A stretch of 64,000 nt of DNA, taken from positions 27,493,433 to 27,557,432 of the forward strand of contig NC_068983.1 in the NCBI RefSeq assembly GCF_001194135.2. The letters run 5' to 3'. Position 1 is the stretch's first letter. Every line of letters starts with the position of its first letter. Both the position numbers and the translations under genes were made by a program. The notes beneath the pieces are model-generated. The model was not told the DNA's origin. It saw only the letters and a list, made by a program, of their open reading frames with translations, and searched no databases. Positions 13,608-27,879 of this stretch are shown here, in pieces. This DNA comes from Octopus bimaculoides (Eukaryota).

Positions 13608-14133
13608 CTGCGCTAATTCATGGATACAATAATTGTAATAATCGATCGTATAGTGATTCCTATACAGTTCACAGCTGAACAGTAGACATTGGCAAAAGTG
13701 TTCCTAAGTTATTTAGCTAAATTATAATCAAAACAATATGCTTCTTATTTAATTCGTAATTCTTATCCTTACATCTTCTGACGTAAGTTTCTGTTATGCT
13801 ACTTTTCCTTTCATTGCTGTATCTTCGAACAAAATCTTCAGCTCTGCGTATGTAAATGATGCGCTGGAATATTTAATATCTGGCTTTTTTGTATATCAAA
13901 ATTTTCAATACTTAAAATAAATATTACATATTTTTGAATAGCGCAAAATATTAATATAAAAAAATACTCATATTTCAACCCACATGTTTAGAGTCATAAT
14001 ATATAACGATGGAAGATGGCGACTTCGAAATGAAAAATATGGAAGTACTATATATAAGTGATGAATTATTTGATACATTGAGCGTGCGTGTGTGCGTGCG
14101 TGCCCACGCGTTGTGTGTGTGTGTGTGTGTGTC

Positions 14134-14190
<57 letters not shown>

Positions 14191-16036
14191 NNNNNNNNNN
14201 NNNNNNNNNNNNNNNNNNNNNNNNNNNNNNNNNNNNNNNNNNNNNNNNNNNNNNNNNNNNNNNNNNNNNNNNNNNNNNNNNNNNNNNNNNNNNNNNNNNN
14301 NNNNNNNNNNNNNNNNNNNNNNNNNNNNNNNNNNNNNNNNNNNNNNNNNNNNNNNNNNNNNNNNNNNNNNNNNNNNNNNNNNNNNNNNNNNNNNNNNNNN
14401 NNNNNNNNNNNNNNNNNNNNNNNNNNNNNNNNNNNNNNNNNNNNNNNNNNNNNNNNNNNNNNNNNNNNNNNNNNNNNNNNNNNNNNCATTCGGTGATAGT
14501 CTATACTAAATCGACATTTCAATGCCCCATTGAGCACCGCAATTTTTTTAATGTATCCATTTCGGATTTCCTACTTACAATTAAAATGTATTTACATCAA
14601 GAAACATTCGAAACGAATTCTTTCGGTAACCAAACTGAGCACCTAAAATTTGCATTCAAGCTCTCGGCACTAGCCATACATGCGAAGATTTATAAACTAC
14701 TTTTTTCTTTTTTTGTTCGATGATTTGAAAAAATTTGTTTTAAGAAAATTAAATAGGTTATGCACACCTTCCACAGTGTTTTGGGCGCTTTTTGGAGGTG
14801 TGAAATGGCTACTGCTGGCATTTTATTTTCATTTTTAATCTGCGGAGAAGGCTATGCGTATATCTTTTTATACGGCCTCCAAAACTGGTGAGATTGTAGG
14901 AAGAAAGTTATCCTCAAAATGGAGAAATAATCCGAATGCTTGCAACAAAGTGGACTCCACTATAGGCATCAGAGGTGGTAGTATAAAAAGAAAGGCAGGT
15001 TAAGTGTACCACGCAAGGAGACACAGCGGGAGAAAGTTAAAATGGGCAGACCTGAAACTAATACTACATACCATCCGAGTCTATTTTTTCACAACTCTTC
15101 CAATCAACAACTCTAGATTGGTACCTCTTCACCTACTCCGAATAGATGAAATGCAAAATAACCGTCAGCGGTATCTGAACTAAGAATTGAAAATTACATT
15201 TCACCAGTAATCTGACTCACCGGTGCTTACTTCTCAGTATACTGCCCTTAAAACTAACAAGTATTACTGACAACTAAAATACTTAAGAAGGTAGATTTTC
15301 TAGTACTATTTGATGTCTATTTATTATAAACTATAAATTCGTAGTTGTTATTCTATATTCTTGATTCATTCTTTTATTTTTTTAGTATTTTTTATTTACA
15401 TATATATTTTCCAATAACAAATCTTATTTTACTAAGAGAAATGAAATCAAGTAAGAGAGATTTTACTCTCTCATATCAAACAGTATGTAATTGTATTAAG
15501 CAAGCTTGATCGCATCTTTTGTGTTCTATAGCCGTCGGCTTTAATTATTTGAGTGGGTTTCGTCAACTTACTTCAGCAAAAACTACATAGCTGTTGGTCA
15601 AAAAATAATAATAACATTATATGAAAACAAAATAGTGTTTAACAATCCAAGGCAGATGATTCTCGCTATAGCAGCAGTGGACAACAAATATTTCGGCTTC
15701 GTTTCGTTCAGTGCAGATAGAAATATTTGCTATTTGTCATCGAAAAACAATCGTTTGATAATAGAGTATTGTATAAATTTTATTACGTACGCACTCATAA
15801 TTATGTTTATATATATATGAAACAGTATACAAACAATTTACGTATTTATACACAAAAGAGGTGACCTTTAACAGGACACCCTAATGCTAGAAACGACAGT
15901 TAAAGCCCAAACCACGAATAAGAGCAATTGCAAAGGGTATATAAATATATATATATAATTCTATAATTATATGTGTGTGTGTGTATACACAATCATGTAT
16001 GTATGTATGTACGTATGTATGTATTATGTATGTATG

Positions 16037-16067
<31 letters not shown>

Positions 16068-16559
16068 GTTCTTAAATTCTTTTTTCCAATCACAATAGGA
16101 AATTTTGCATAACCCCACCTTGAGCCAAGTTTTATGAACGCAAATGAATATAAAGCGGCTGCGGAAGCACGCAGAAGAGTATATATCTTGTATTCAGTCG
16201 GTCACACATTGTATGAATATTCATTTATTTAAATTTTAAATCAATGAAATGTTTGATATGTTTGTCGAATAACTGGAATATTCATGGGCGAATCTAACGA
16301 AGTTCTGTTTTTGTTGCATAAGTAAGTAGGTATTAAAAATTGGTAATAAAATCCATATTCCTTTTACAAATTCATTGAAAACAATGATACATGTTCTTTA
16401 GTACGTGGGAAATCCCTATTAGTGTTGTTTGTTTAAAAATGTTTTCGTCATGATTTCAGTGATATTAAAATTTGTATAAGCAATTTCTAACGCCTAATTA
16501 CTTTCCACCCACCTTGTATATATATATGCGTGTGTGTGTATGTGTGCGTGTGTGTGTTT

Positions 16560-16750
16560 GTTTGTTTCTCTCGCTACTACCACTTGACTACCGGTATTGT
16601 TATGTATGCATCCCCGTAACTTGGCGGTGCGGCAAAGAGACCGATACAATATGCACCAGACTTAAAAATAAGTTCTGGGCTCGATTCATTCGACTAAAAA
16701 TTCAAGGCGGCGGTGCCCCAGCATGGCTGCAGTCTAATGACTGAAAAAAG
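16560..16750 (+). mobile_element. SINE family B, 3' half
   Basis: CCCCGTAACTTGGCGGT..AGAGACCGATA..CCCCAGCATGGCTGCAG is homologous to 56810-57003. Confidence 0.8.
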
Positions 16751-16864
16751 TCATAGATTAAAGATATATACGTTCGTGTGTGTGTATGGGTGTGTGTGTG
16801 TGTGTATGTTTGTGTGTGTGCGTGCGTGCGATTGTGTGTGTGTGTGTGTGTGTGCGTGTGTCGT

Positions 16865-17230
16865 TATTATTGGACCAGAGATCATCTGATGCCATCGAAG
16901 TGATACTAGGGTTCAAATATACTAAGCCCAATATACCCATCATGACAACTCCTCTGATACGGGTACGCCAGGCACATGCATCACAACCTTATGTGCGCGA
17001 CATGGTGGTCTTATATCACGGTAAACTGCGAATGATCTGCAGGTAGGGCTCAGTTAGAATTTTCTTCTGGTCGAGTAGCCCATCTCTCTGAAGAGGTCCC
17101 TGAAAAAGTTTGTTGCTCAACTGGTTATGGTCAGACAACTGAATAGCAAACCTGTGGTGCTGAACAGAATATTTGCTGTAGCCTATCTTTTACACCGAGA
17201 CAAAACATGTACATGTTAACGTTACCGTGT
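16865..17230. repeat. Probable dispersed repeat of unknown class
   Basis: A GC-richer island bounded by AT-rich or microsatellite DNA. It resembles my recollection of an abundant octopus repeat. No second copy in the window. Confidence 0.3.
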
Positions 17231-18082
17231 AACAATATTCTCTATAAAAGGTATAGAGTGTATTTAGTGGAGGACCAAAACAGGGCAATCAAATGTGAGA
17301 TTCTGTGGTGCAAAGTCTGCAAGGAATAAAGTACGAAGCCGTCCAAATATTCTGGTGTAGAGAACCCACACACATTATAAACTATAGCACGTCTTCTAAA
17401 TTTATATATAAGCTTAACTAATTGATGTCGATTTATGCATGTGTATCGTGTCTTCTTGTACAAACAGAAATATTTAAAATCATATGGAGATTTTATCATC
17501 AGGACTTGTTCATTCTAGTCAAAACAGAATTATATTAATCGAAATTGCAAATAATAAACTTATGAGAAAGATGTCTAGCAGGTGTCATGCGATCAAGTGC
17601 ATACGGCTCTCAGTTGTCAGATTTTTAATAAAATAGNNNNNNNNNNNNNNNNNNNNNNNNNNNNNNNNNNNNNNNNNNNNNNNNNNNNNNNNNNNNNNNN
17701 NNNNNNNNNNNNNNNNNNNNNNNNNNNNNNNNNNNNNNNNNNNNNNNNNNNNNNNNNNNNNNNNNNNNNNNNNNNNNNNNNNNNNNNNNNNNNNNNNNNN
17801 NNNNNNNNNNNNNNNNNNNNNNNNNNNNNNNNNNNNNNNNNNNNNNNNNNNNNNNNNNNNNNNNNNNNNNNNNNNNNNNNNNNNNNNNNNNNNNNNNNNN
17901 NNNNNNNNNNNNNNNNNNNNNNATATATATATATATATATATATATATAATCGTTTATGCACTAAAAGTTTCCTGTTACGATATTGTGTGTTGAAAGAGA
18001 TATTGTTTTATTTGTGGATGGCCATTTTTCTCCAGTTAAACACACGCACTATTTATTTCATCATCACTATATTATCATAAAC

Positions 18083-18115
<33 letters not shown>

Positions 18116-18128
18116 GTTATTATTATTA

Positions 18129-18192
<64 letters not shown>

Positions 18193-18435
18193 CTGAACCC
18201 ACGCCGTCAATAATGACGGCTAATTTTTGTATCCTACTATAATAATAATACACTTGTGTCTTCTCCGTCACAACATATGAATGAGAAGGGAACGGGTAAT
18301 AGATAATAAAGGAAGGAAAGGGTAATGGCAAACTTGGTAGAGGGATGATGGATATTGTACGGTGAAAAAAATCAAAAAGCGTTTCAACTCTGTGTGAGTA
18401 TGTGTATGTATGTATAAGGGAGGTATGCGAATGTT

Positions 18436-18507
<72 letters not shown>

Positions 18508-18874
18508 TGTGTGTATCTGTATATCTGTGTGCGTGTGCGAGTACAATGAGAGTGGGATGGCGGACATTCAACACTGAAAAGAAAACTGAAACAGCGTTTC
18601 AACTGTGTGAGTATATGTGTATATGTATCCTAGCAGATACCGTATTCACTTTTACCTGTTAATATTGGTGGCTAACCTTCGTCTGAAACGCTGTTAATAG
18701 CACCCTGAAAAAGCAGCAATTAACACTAAAATGCGCACCTAGATGTAAAATTTTGCAGCATGCATTGAATTGTAGCAGAAACATATAGGTTGCAGAAATG
18801 AAAAGACGTGATTGACTGCAGAGTAAAACTGGATATATAAATCTTTGTTCCCTTTATTATTATTATTATTATTA

Positions 18875-18963
<89 letters not shown>

Positions 18964-19365
18964 CATACATATTTATACATATATAAATGTGTGTGTGTGT
19001 GTGTGTGCGTGTGTGTGTGGTAAATGAAGGACGGAAGATGGAAAATGCGAGAATTTACTATTAATCACTACAATTGTTTCGACACACCTAGCATCTATCC
19101 CTCACGGGTGGGACACTTCTCAAGTGGTTCAAGAGCATCTGCCGGTGCAGATGTGTCTTATCGTGTGAGAAATAGACACATCTCTTTAAAATAACAGTTC
19201 CGCAATGTGTCTTTTCATTTCGTAGAAAGAAAAGCACCAAAACATAAGGAAATGTCTTCCTTTACATAGAAGATCAAAAATAAAATCACAGATTCAAAAA
19301 AGGAATGAATACGCAATACAGCGAGAAAAGTGTTAAAAATAACTGTTAGCAAATATGGATGTGTG

Positions 19366-19414
<49 letters not shown>

Positions 19415-19962
19415 NNNNNNNNNNGTCTGTGTGTGTCTGTGTGTGTGTGTGTGTGTACATACATACGTTAATATCAAGCAGTAAGAATGAGAGCTCAACA
19501 CTGCATTGGTGGATAAATATCGTTCATTTGTGGGTTAACAAGTCAACCAATGTTTTCATTTCAAGAGACCTTCACAATTGCTCAAACGTGTGACATGGAA
19601 GTGTTCATTCTCATCTCTATTTTGGATGACAAAACACGACGGCACCCGAAGGAAAGCAATTTGTGGCAAAATTCCAGGCCTAATGCGATATAAAAATCAA
19701 GCTGATCTTATAAGTTTTCTCTGGTGATCTATGTATTTATTTAGAAATACCGTTAAACCTCCTGTAACACTCGTGTATTCTCATTCAAAAGGGAATCGAA
19801 TACCAGCATGCCCCTGTGGCATGCTTGAACAATTGTGAATCTATTTTGACAGGAAAGCATTGGTTGCCTTATTAATCCATAAATAACGTAGAGAGAGACA
19901 GACAGACAGAGACAAACAGATAGACAGTCAGAAGGCAGACAGACAGACTGACAGATAGATAA

Positions 19963-20009
<47 letters not shown>

Positions 20010-20779
20010 GATAGATAGATAATTTTGAAGCAAATACTCCATTACACCAATTCTGTTTTCTTGTCCTTGCAATCATACTTTTCCTGACATAATGACAGTA
20101 ACATTGGAGTGATTTGCTAGTTTCAGATGACTGAATGCTCTCTTGTATATATATCCAGTACTTTTCCATCAATAATTTATCTTAACGCAACCACACCCTC
20201 ACGCCCAAACACAAATACATACATGCATTTTACGCTCTTAATACATATATATTTATAACTTGCAGCTGGAAATATGAGAATGCTTTATCATACTGAGAAA
20301 GTAAAAGTCACAAGATAAAGCGACATTTTTAGCAATATTATAAGGATAAATTCCAAGAAGATAGACAAAATATGTCGGTTTTATGGTAGATTTTTATAGA
20401 TGTTTATGTGGATAGAAAACACAAACTCATAAAGTCTTCAAATTTTTTATATATTACACTTCAGATTCGAGTGGAATATCAACAATTAGACTGTCAGCTA
20501 AGCCCAGCAAAATACTTATCATCTATATTTTACTGCAACTATTATAATAATGAAAGTTAGAGAAATTCTATCAAGATCTAAAATAACTTTTGTGAGCAAA
20601 ATCAAAAGTGACATACGCGATGAGAAAACAAATATTATATCAAGAGCTCGTGACACTTGGAAAGGAACGATTGGTAAATGTCTTGAAGCATATCAAACAA
20701 TAGGAAAATACGATTAATAGAGTTTGCTAAATAACACAAACTAATTTCAGGAAACATAATGCACCAACACAAACCTCTA

Positions 20780-21165
20780 AAAGAAAATGTGGCGTCCACC
20801 TGGAGGGAAATATAATAACTAGGTTAATTTATTGTTGTCCCTAAAAGATATCAATCAAAAATAAATTGAAATAAAGATGACCAGAATGTAGAAATTGAAA
20901 ATTGGAAGCAATCTATATAGTAATAGGTAACTTGAGGGCGATTTAAAGAACAGAAACAAATACATGATCAAGTACATGGAACTGTTAAATATTCGCAACA
21001 TACAGGAAATCGCACTACTTAGCATTGCACATATTTTGCATATATTATTAATGATACAACAAAAAATGCAAAACATGAAAACTATCATTAACGTTAGACA
21101 AATAGAGAAGCACTCCGCAATAAAAATAAACCTCCTGGACGAGAATAATAACAATGATAATGAAA
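20780..21165 (+). mobile_element. Highly decayed R4/Dong-type LINE 3' end
   Basis: Relic translations IEIKMTRM*KLKIGSN and NIRNIQEIALLSIAHIL match the RLE C-terminus seen at 53043-53258. The segment ends in an AAT-rich tail. Confidence 0.55.
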
Positions 21166-21656
21166 ATGCTGTGGTTATTGATAAGAGTGTATGCCGTTCC
21201 AATACTTGTTAGTGCCCTAAGTATAGTGAGAGAAGAAATTAGAAATGAAAATTTTTTGGATATGATAGAACTAGAAAAGAAAACGTGTGCTATTTCGCAC
21301 TGCAACGAGTTTCTGCAAAGTTCTCGACACTTCAAAGGAAAGACCCATCTTTAATTCATGGGAACTGAAAAGCTGGTACGCCAATAACACCTCCTGTAGA
21401 ATGCTGTGTGAGCAAGATATGAAAAGAATAACAATAACTTTTTCCACGATATAAAACTTCAGAGTGTCAGCAGAAACTTTGAAGTCTTAGTGTGAGGGAT
21501 CTTGTCGATTATTGTTCAACATATACTTCTTTTATCGACTTCGAACAGATGAAATACGGTATTTGAACACAGAATATATAGAATCAGAAGAAATACCTTT
21601 AATATTGTGTCCGACGCGCAGACGATTTGCTAACTTACCTATATAATAATAATAAC

Positions 21657-21720
<64 letters not shown>

Positions 21721-21734
21721 GTAATAATAATGAT

Positions 21735-21850
21735 CCTTTCTACTATAAGCTCAAAAACTGAATTTTTGTGGGGAGGGGGACAATCAATTATATCAACTCA
21801 AGTACTTGACTGGTACTTAATTTATCGACCCTGAAAGGATGAAAGGATGA
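21735..21850 (-). mobile_element. SINE family A, 3' part, with (AAT)n tail at about 21644-21730
   Basis: ACTGGTACTTAATTTATCGACCCTGAAAGGATGAAAGG is the reverse complement of the family A core. Confidence 0.75.
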
Positions 21851-21989
21851 AATGCTGACTATCAAAATAAAGAGCTGGTGTTATTCCTCATGTCCTGCAA
21901 TTAAAATTTTTTTAAATGCATAAATGGACACGTGAAGAATATATTTCAATCCTACATGCTTATTTCATAGCAGTGCTCCACCCACAGAG

Positions 21990-23240
21990 CGAGAACTCAG
22001 CAACATATACATATAAAAAAATAACTGGAAGAAAAATAACCTAGATGAAGATTTGATTATATCAATGAACCCTAATAAAGTAGCCAACATACGGCGATAT
22101 ATTCTGAAAACAAACCAAAAAATAGAAACAACGCACTTAAGTGGGAAAATACATCAAGAATAATTAATAGTGACCACACAACAATGCCAAATAAAATCAT
22201 AAGCACTGGGACTGTAAAATACGAAGACAGATGAAAAATGTCCAACCTAAACGAAGTAAGTAACGAAAGACAATAAAACCAAGCCGTAGGAATGTATAAT
22301 GATGAGTAAAATACACCACACCAGAACACCACAACAAAAATATAAACGGGAATGAATGCGGAACACACTTAAAAACTGGAAACAGTGAAGGGGAAATCAG
22401 TGATTTTGTTACTCTAGAAATGTATTTAATCAAAGAATTTAAGACCACAGAACTCAGTATGGACCACCGATTGTACCTCCCAAAACTTAAAGTTGATAAT
22501 AAGACAGCATAAAGAATAAATAACATAAACCTGGCCGTCACAGAACTAACAGCCGCAGAAACAAATGTCAATATGACCAGGTTAAATGATATAATATATG
22601 CAGCAGTGCCTGTGACCACAAAAGAAGCTGGATACACGATCAAACCCATCCAAACAGGAATATTACAATCTAAACAAAATCTGTGGAAAATTAATATTAA
22701 AAAAATAGTAAATAAAAGAAAGGATCTAGCAAACCTTAACGAAATTAGTAGGCAAGTAACACTACTAAGCAACGAGAAGAGAAGAAAAATACTACGGAGA
22801 TACAAAATTACAGAAGAGGTTACACTTGAAGTAAAAGAGCTAAAGCAAGATGTCTTCTCCAAAGCACAACGAATTTGCCTGAATGAGAGATGCCAACGTT
22901 TCTTTGAACAAAACAAGCAGTTCAAATCCAAATCCAAAAGATTCTGCCATGAACTTGGTGAAAACAAAATAGAGATCTACGCAGCGCCAACAACAGAAGT
23001 GAAGGAATTTTGGAAAAAATATGGTCGGCGAAGGAATAAACTCACAAATTATCTATCAAAATAAAAAAACACAGCACACTGAACAACTCCGAACTCCTTA
23101 TAACAAGGGAAGTGGATACCCAGGATCTGCAAAAACAAAGTAACTGGAAGACACCCAGACACTACAAGATCCCCAATTTCTGGCTAAAATATCTAACAGG
23201 AATGCATAAAACGCTGGCCGATAAATTCAATGAGATCCTA
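21990..23240 (+). mobile_element. R4/Dong-type (RLE) LINE fragment: N-terminal region to RT start
   Basis: ORF 22573-23064 (LNDIIYAA..ELKQDVFSKAQRI..RFFEQNKQFKSKSKRFCHELG..EVKEFWKKY) and SNWKTP..KIPNFWLKYLTGMHKTLADKFNEIL match the R4/Dong pre-RT region and NWKxPGxDxIxNFWxK motif. Confidence 0.75.
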
Positions 23241-23249
23241 GAGAGCATT

Positions 23250-24110
23250 GCCTGGATAGCAGATAACTGTGAGAGCTTGCCGACACTGCAGTTGTCAATC
23301 GCCGCATAAGCTTACACAAAACTATTGCATCCAAGATCACGCGGGATGCCCCTCATAACATCCAGTTTCCTGTCTTTCCCACGTGATGTGGAGGCACCAG
23401 CGTCTGTAGAATCAATCTCAGGGTGTGTGAGTGTGTTTGTTTGTGAGAGCGTCACTGTGTGAGTGTGTACCTCAGAGAGGAGTAGAAGTGCTGGTTTGGG
23501 AGATACCCTGGGTGGTTATCTCAATTGTCTTTGTGCTTCACCTGAAAATGAGGCTGTATGTGTGGCATATTGTTTAAGTTGATGCTGTTGTTGAGGGTTT
23601 TGTTTGGGTGGTGGAGCGGCTTCGTGCCTCCTATTTTTTTGCGGGGCAGAAGGCTTTGAGGTGGCTTGCGTCCCTACAAATGTCGCAATTAGGCTTTCTG
23701 CCTTCTACTATAACACGTATATCGATCCTGTTGGACAGCTGTATAAAGTCCATCATTTTATCCATATTTCCGGTTTCAATGGTTATCCCAGACCAGTTTG
23801 CCCTACTGCTCCCGTTTCACCTCCAGGGGTGTCTCCGAGTCTTCTACCATGCAGGCTACAATCCACCAGACGTTCACGCCCGGCGGAACGCTTGATATTT
23901 TTATTCTGGCAGTTCTTTTGAGACGTTCGTTTGGTACAGGACCCACTCCTCACTCCATCGGAGCGTTGCTGCATGTTTACGTGCGAGGACCTCGATGCTG
24001 GCATACAGTTTGACTTTTGTAAGTGGGTCGCGTTATCTAAGAACTCCTTCAGAACCTCCTCCACTTGACATATAGATGCTATTTCTGCTCGCTTGCTCTT
24101 GCGTGAGACT
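23250..24110 (-). mobile_element. L1/Tx1-type LINE ORF1 fragment with CCHC zinc knuckle
   Basis: The minus frame reads IRVIVEGRKPNCDICRDASHLKAFCP (C-X2-C-X4-H-X4-C at 23646-23687), the usual Tx1-like ORF1 motif. Stops and frameshifts lie upstream. Confidence 0.7.
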
Positions 24111-24164
24111 CATCTAAAATGAATATTTTTTTCTTCCATCTCCAAGATTTCAGGAGTTACAAGG

Positions 24165-24305
24165 ACCGCTATCCTACCTGTCCTACAAGGCCTGAAAGTT
24201 TGGGGGAGGATGCTAATCGATTACATTGACCCCAGTGCGTATTTGAGACTTAATTCATCGACGCCGAAAGGATGAAAAGCAAAGTCAACCTCGGCGGAAT
24301 TCTGA
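24165..24305 (-). mobile_element. SINE family A, 3' part
   Basis: CGCCGAAAGGATGAAAAGCAAAGTCAACCTCGGCGGAATT is the reverse complement of the family A core. Confidence 0.75.
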
Positions 24306-24307
24306 TA

Positions 24308-24351
<44 letters not shown>

Positions 24352-24619
24352 CAGTGAATTTGTGTAAATTCTTTTGTTACGTTGCGACAAAACTATATAA
24401 TACACTTCGGCTCTTGCGCACCAAATAGTTTCTTCAATTTCAAAGAAATGAAAAGATTCAACGTTATCAAAATCCATCAGTTTCTTAGAAAACCATGATG
24501 AAAATTCAGATAAAAATCTTTTCCGATTCCTCGTTTAAAATTAATATATATTGAGCTCATCGTTAGCAACTACATTGAACTTAACATTAATATCTTTAGC
24601 TTATTAGATGCTTGTTTAC

Positions 24620-24695
24620 TTGTCATTTCTTTCAAAGAGCAGTCTCAAGAAATCCCCGCAGAAGTTTCTACTTTCAGAGAAGTTGAAGCAGAAGT
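24620..24695 (-). CDS. Candidate exon (76 nt, phase 1-2), FCFNFSESRNFCGDFLRLLFERND
   Basis: attcatttttcag| acceptor and caa|gtaaac donor. Only one frame is open. Confidence 0.2.
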
Positions 24696-25303
24696 CTGAA
24701 AAATGAATATGAATAGGTGGAAAATTATAAATTCATGGTCAATCGGAGATTTTTTCGACCCCTGAACTTAAGAATAATATATTTGTTCAATTGTTTAAAT
24801 TTTCATCGAAGTGGACACATTAAATGTAATTATATAAAATTAAATAAAGCTACATAAATGATTCCAACCAGAATAAGGTACGAAATGAATGGGAATCATT
24901 CATCGGTGAATTGGTAGAAAGAATGTTTGGTTTGCTACTGATGTAATAAATTAAATAACGAAAAATTGAACCGTTGTCAAATGAAAGAAACAAAATTATA
25001 TTAAAGAAATGTGCTATGAGATATTAAATTGTAGACTAGTTTTGTTAGTAAGCCAATTTGGTATTCTGAGTTACATCGGCGTGTCTGTCAACTATTGTCT
25101 CTGAAAATTGCGAGAAAGATTGTGAAATCAAGTCAGGTCATGCTAAGTAGTAAATTTGATTTTAAACAACTGAAATCCGATTCAGTCTTGATCTTCAATA
25201 ACGAACAAAGTTGTTTGTATGTGAATAGAAAACTAACTAGGTTTATTTCTGATGAGAAATACGCTACTTATGAATCAGAATGGGAAACTGTTATGTATAT
25301 ATC

Positions 25304-25356
<53 letters not shown>

Positions 25357-25451
25357 ACACACATACATATATTACGTGTACGCATATGCATACGCTAGTC
25401 TGTGTATTTATGCACGAATACATACATATATTCATGCGTCTGTATATGTAC

Positions 25452-25486
<35 letters not shown>

Positions 25487-26434
25487 TGTATGTATGTATG
25501 TATGCATGCATGTGATTGTATGTATATATGCAGTCATATGCATGAGAAATATACTGATGTATTGTTCCAGAGTTATAGAGACGCGGAGAATATTTTCAAA
25601 GATATGTATGGTGGAAACAATTGCCCTAAACATGTATGTGTGCTTGTGAGTTTGTATATGTGTTTACATGTGAGAAGTACTGCATCTCTTACATTGTTAG
25701 TCATATATACTTTTCTTCTAACATAAAACGTACCATTATGCAGTGTAACTGCTTTTATATACCATAAAGTTTTTCGTTTGTTATTCAGTCTCTGATGATT
25801 TGTTAATGTAATCGGTTCATAAGAGATTTCCTTGTCTGACAGTTCTTTTTATTTATGAAACTCACTATAAAAATGGATTGGATAAATGAAAAAAAATTAT
25901 CATTAGATTTGGTTTCTATTCATAATCAGAATTCAAACTAAGGGAATGGAAGTATGATTCTGCAGCATGTAATGAAGAATACCAGCTAATTTATTCCTCA
26001 CATAAGCATGTTTCCATTTATACCTGAAGACATGGAATTCTAAAGACATTAGGCAAATAACCTATCACCTTTGCGACAAAAGTAATGCCACTAAGTTGGT
26101 TAGCGACATAGGGAATTTGAAGACCATTTCCACACCACATATAAACGCTGGAGAAATGTGAAGAAAGTCAAGCCATATTTTAATGGATCTAAGAAATGAA
26201 ACTTATACGTAACAAAAAGACCACTTGTTTTTCAGATTCAAGAATTCCACCAAACTTCTTAATTCTAGATCTGTACTTTTAGCAGGTGCAAACACATGGA
26301 CAAGTTTCTTTAATCTATCGCACGACCACAGGAGCAAGAATGTTAGCTTGGCAAATTTTACAAAGCTCTCTACTTAAAATATCGTAAAAGTATGGAACTA
26401 TTAGGAGCTCTTTCCTAATTGAAAATTAAATTTA

Positions 26435-26545
<111 letters not shown>

Positions 26546-26597
26546 GTGTGTATGTGTGTGTTTGTGTGTATATTATGTATGTATGTATGTATGTATG

Positions 26598-26751
26598 TGT
26601 TGTGTCGACGCCCCTAAGCGAAGAAGTATGATCGCCCAAGACATATAAATAGAGGTAGTCTAGTCGTGGTAGAGGAGTTGAGTAGCCGTCATGTAACGGT
26701 TGAGTAGAGATCATCCGAAGGTGCTAGATAGCAGTAGCTTGAGACATAACA
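26598..26751. mobile_element. Solo-LTR-like / short-TIR element, copy 1
   Basis: TGTTGTGTC...GACATAACA ends, GTATG on both flanks and an internal TATAAATA. A homologous inverted copy lies at 62294-62458. Confidence 0.65.
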
Positions 26752-26897
26752 GTATGTATGTATATGCATACACATATCTGAGATATGACACCATAAAAAA
26801 GAAAATGAGAGAATACCGTGCTGCAGCATACGAAGCAGCAGTCTATTTTTCAAGCAGCATTCAGTGTGACTTCTGGTACTGAATACTTTCTTTTTAC

Positions 26898-26962
26898 CTT
26901 CTGTAAAGAGGAAACACTGCATCTAGCATTATTTACAGAAATTGGAAGACTGGTAGAGTATT
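26898..26962 (-). CDS. Candidate exon (65 nt, phase 1-0), YSTSLPISVNNARCSVSSLQK
   Basis: tcccctttttcag| acceptor and aag|gtaaaa donor. Only one frame is open. Confidence 0.2.
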
Positions 26963-27592
26963 CTGAAAAAGGGGATATGTTCCTAAAGCTCAGTGTAGAG
27001 AGAAATCCAATGAACGCAGCAAAGTTACCCTGTGGGCATGTTGTTTCGGGCGGTTGATTAACTCAACCCCATAAGTGGTAGATTTAATCTACCACCCGAT
27101 TTCATAGGTCGAGATCCGAATTCAGAATACAAGGATTGGTAAAAATACCATAAAATACTCGGTACCCCATTTTAAAAGTTTCATAATACCACCGCCCTGA
27201 TTCGTGCGTTTTTGTTGACCTAAAAAAATATAAGGCTGGTCTGGATGGCTTTTCGACTCAGAACTTTGAAGATCAGAATGAATATTTCGAAGAGTTTAAT
27301 ACGACGCTCTAATGAATACCTATTCACTGAAATTCGAATATATTTATGATGCTCATAATTCATTTGACCTATTTATATATTTATATGCATTTGTTTGTTA
27401 GTTTATATATAAAATCGCTTTTCTAGATCAGATCAAATATACTGGAGGAAAGCGAAGCAGAATTAACTGTTTTGTTGGAAGTCACAGAGAAATATTTGTC
27501 ATTTCTGGTTCGTTGATCTTCCGTTGACTAATATTTGTCTAGAGGAAATAATTCTAACTTATCATTGTACAAAAAATGAATCGATAATAATG

Positions 27593-27643
<51 letters not shown>

Positions 27644-27879
27644 TTTAAATGTATCATCCGTAACAAAATGTTATAAAATCGAAAGTTATATTGAACCAAC
27701 GCCAGCGTTTGTAGATGTTCAATATTTGACCAACATTTGGAAACATTTATCAATGACGCCGAGATTTTGGAAATTCTGTTTATATTTATAATACGCTCTC
27801 AAATTGATATGGTGTAAATATATATGAAATATATAATGAACTGTATAAGTATCTTGTGCAATTTACATGGATATTTACA

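Noticed and set aside
18644-18692. Strong minus-strand acceptor/donor pair (49 nt)
   Set aside because: Stop codons occur in all three frames; at most a non-coding exon.
26818-27057. 79-aa plus-strand ORF
   Set aside because: Non-ATG start, no homology, and no plus-strand splice support.
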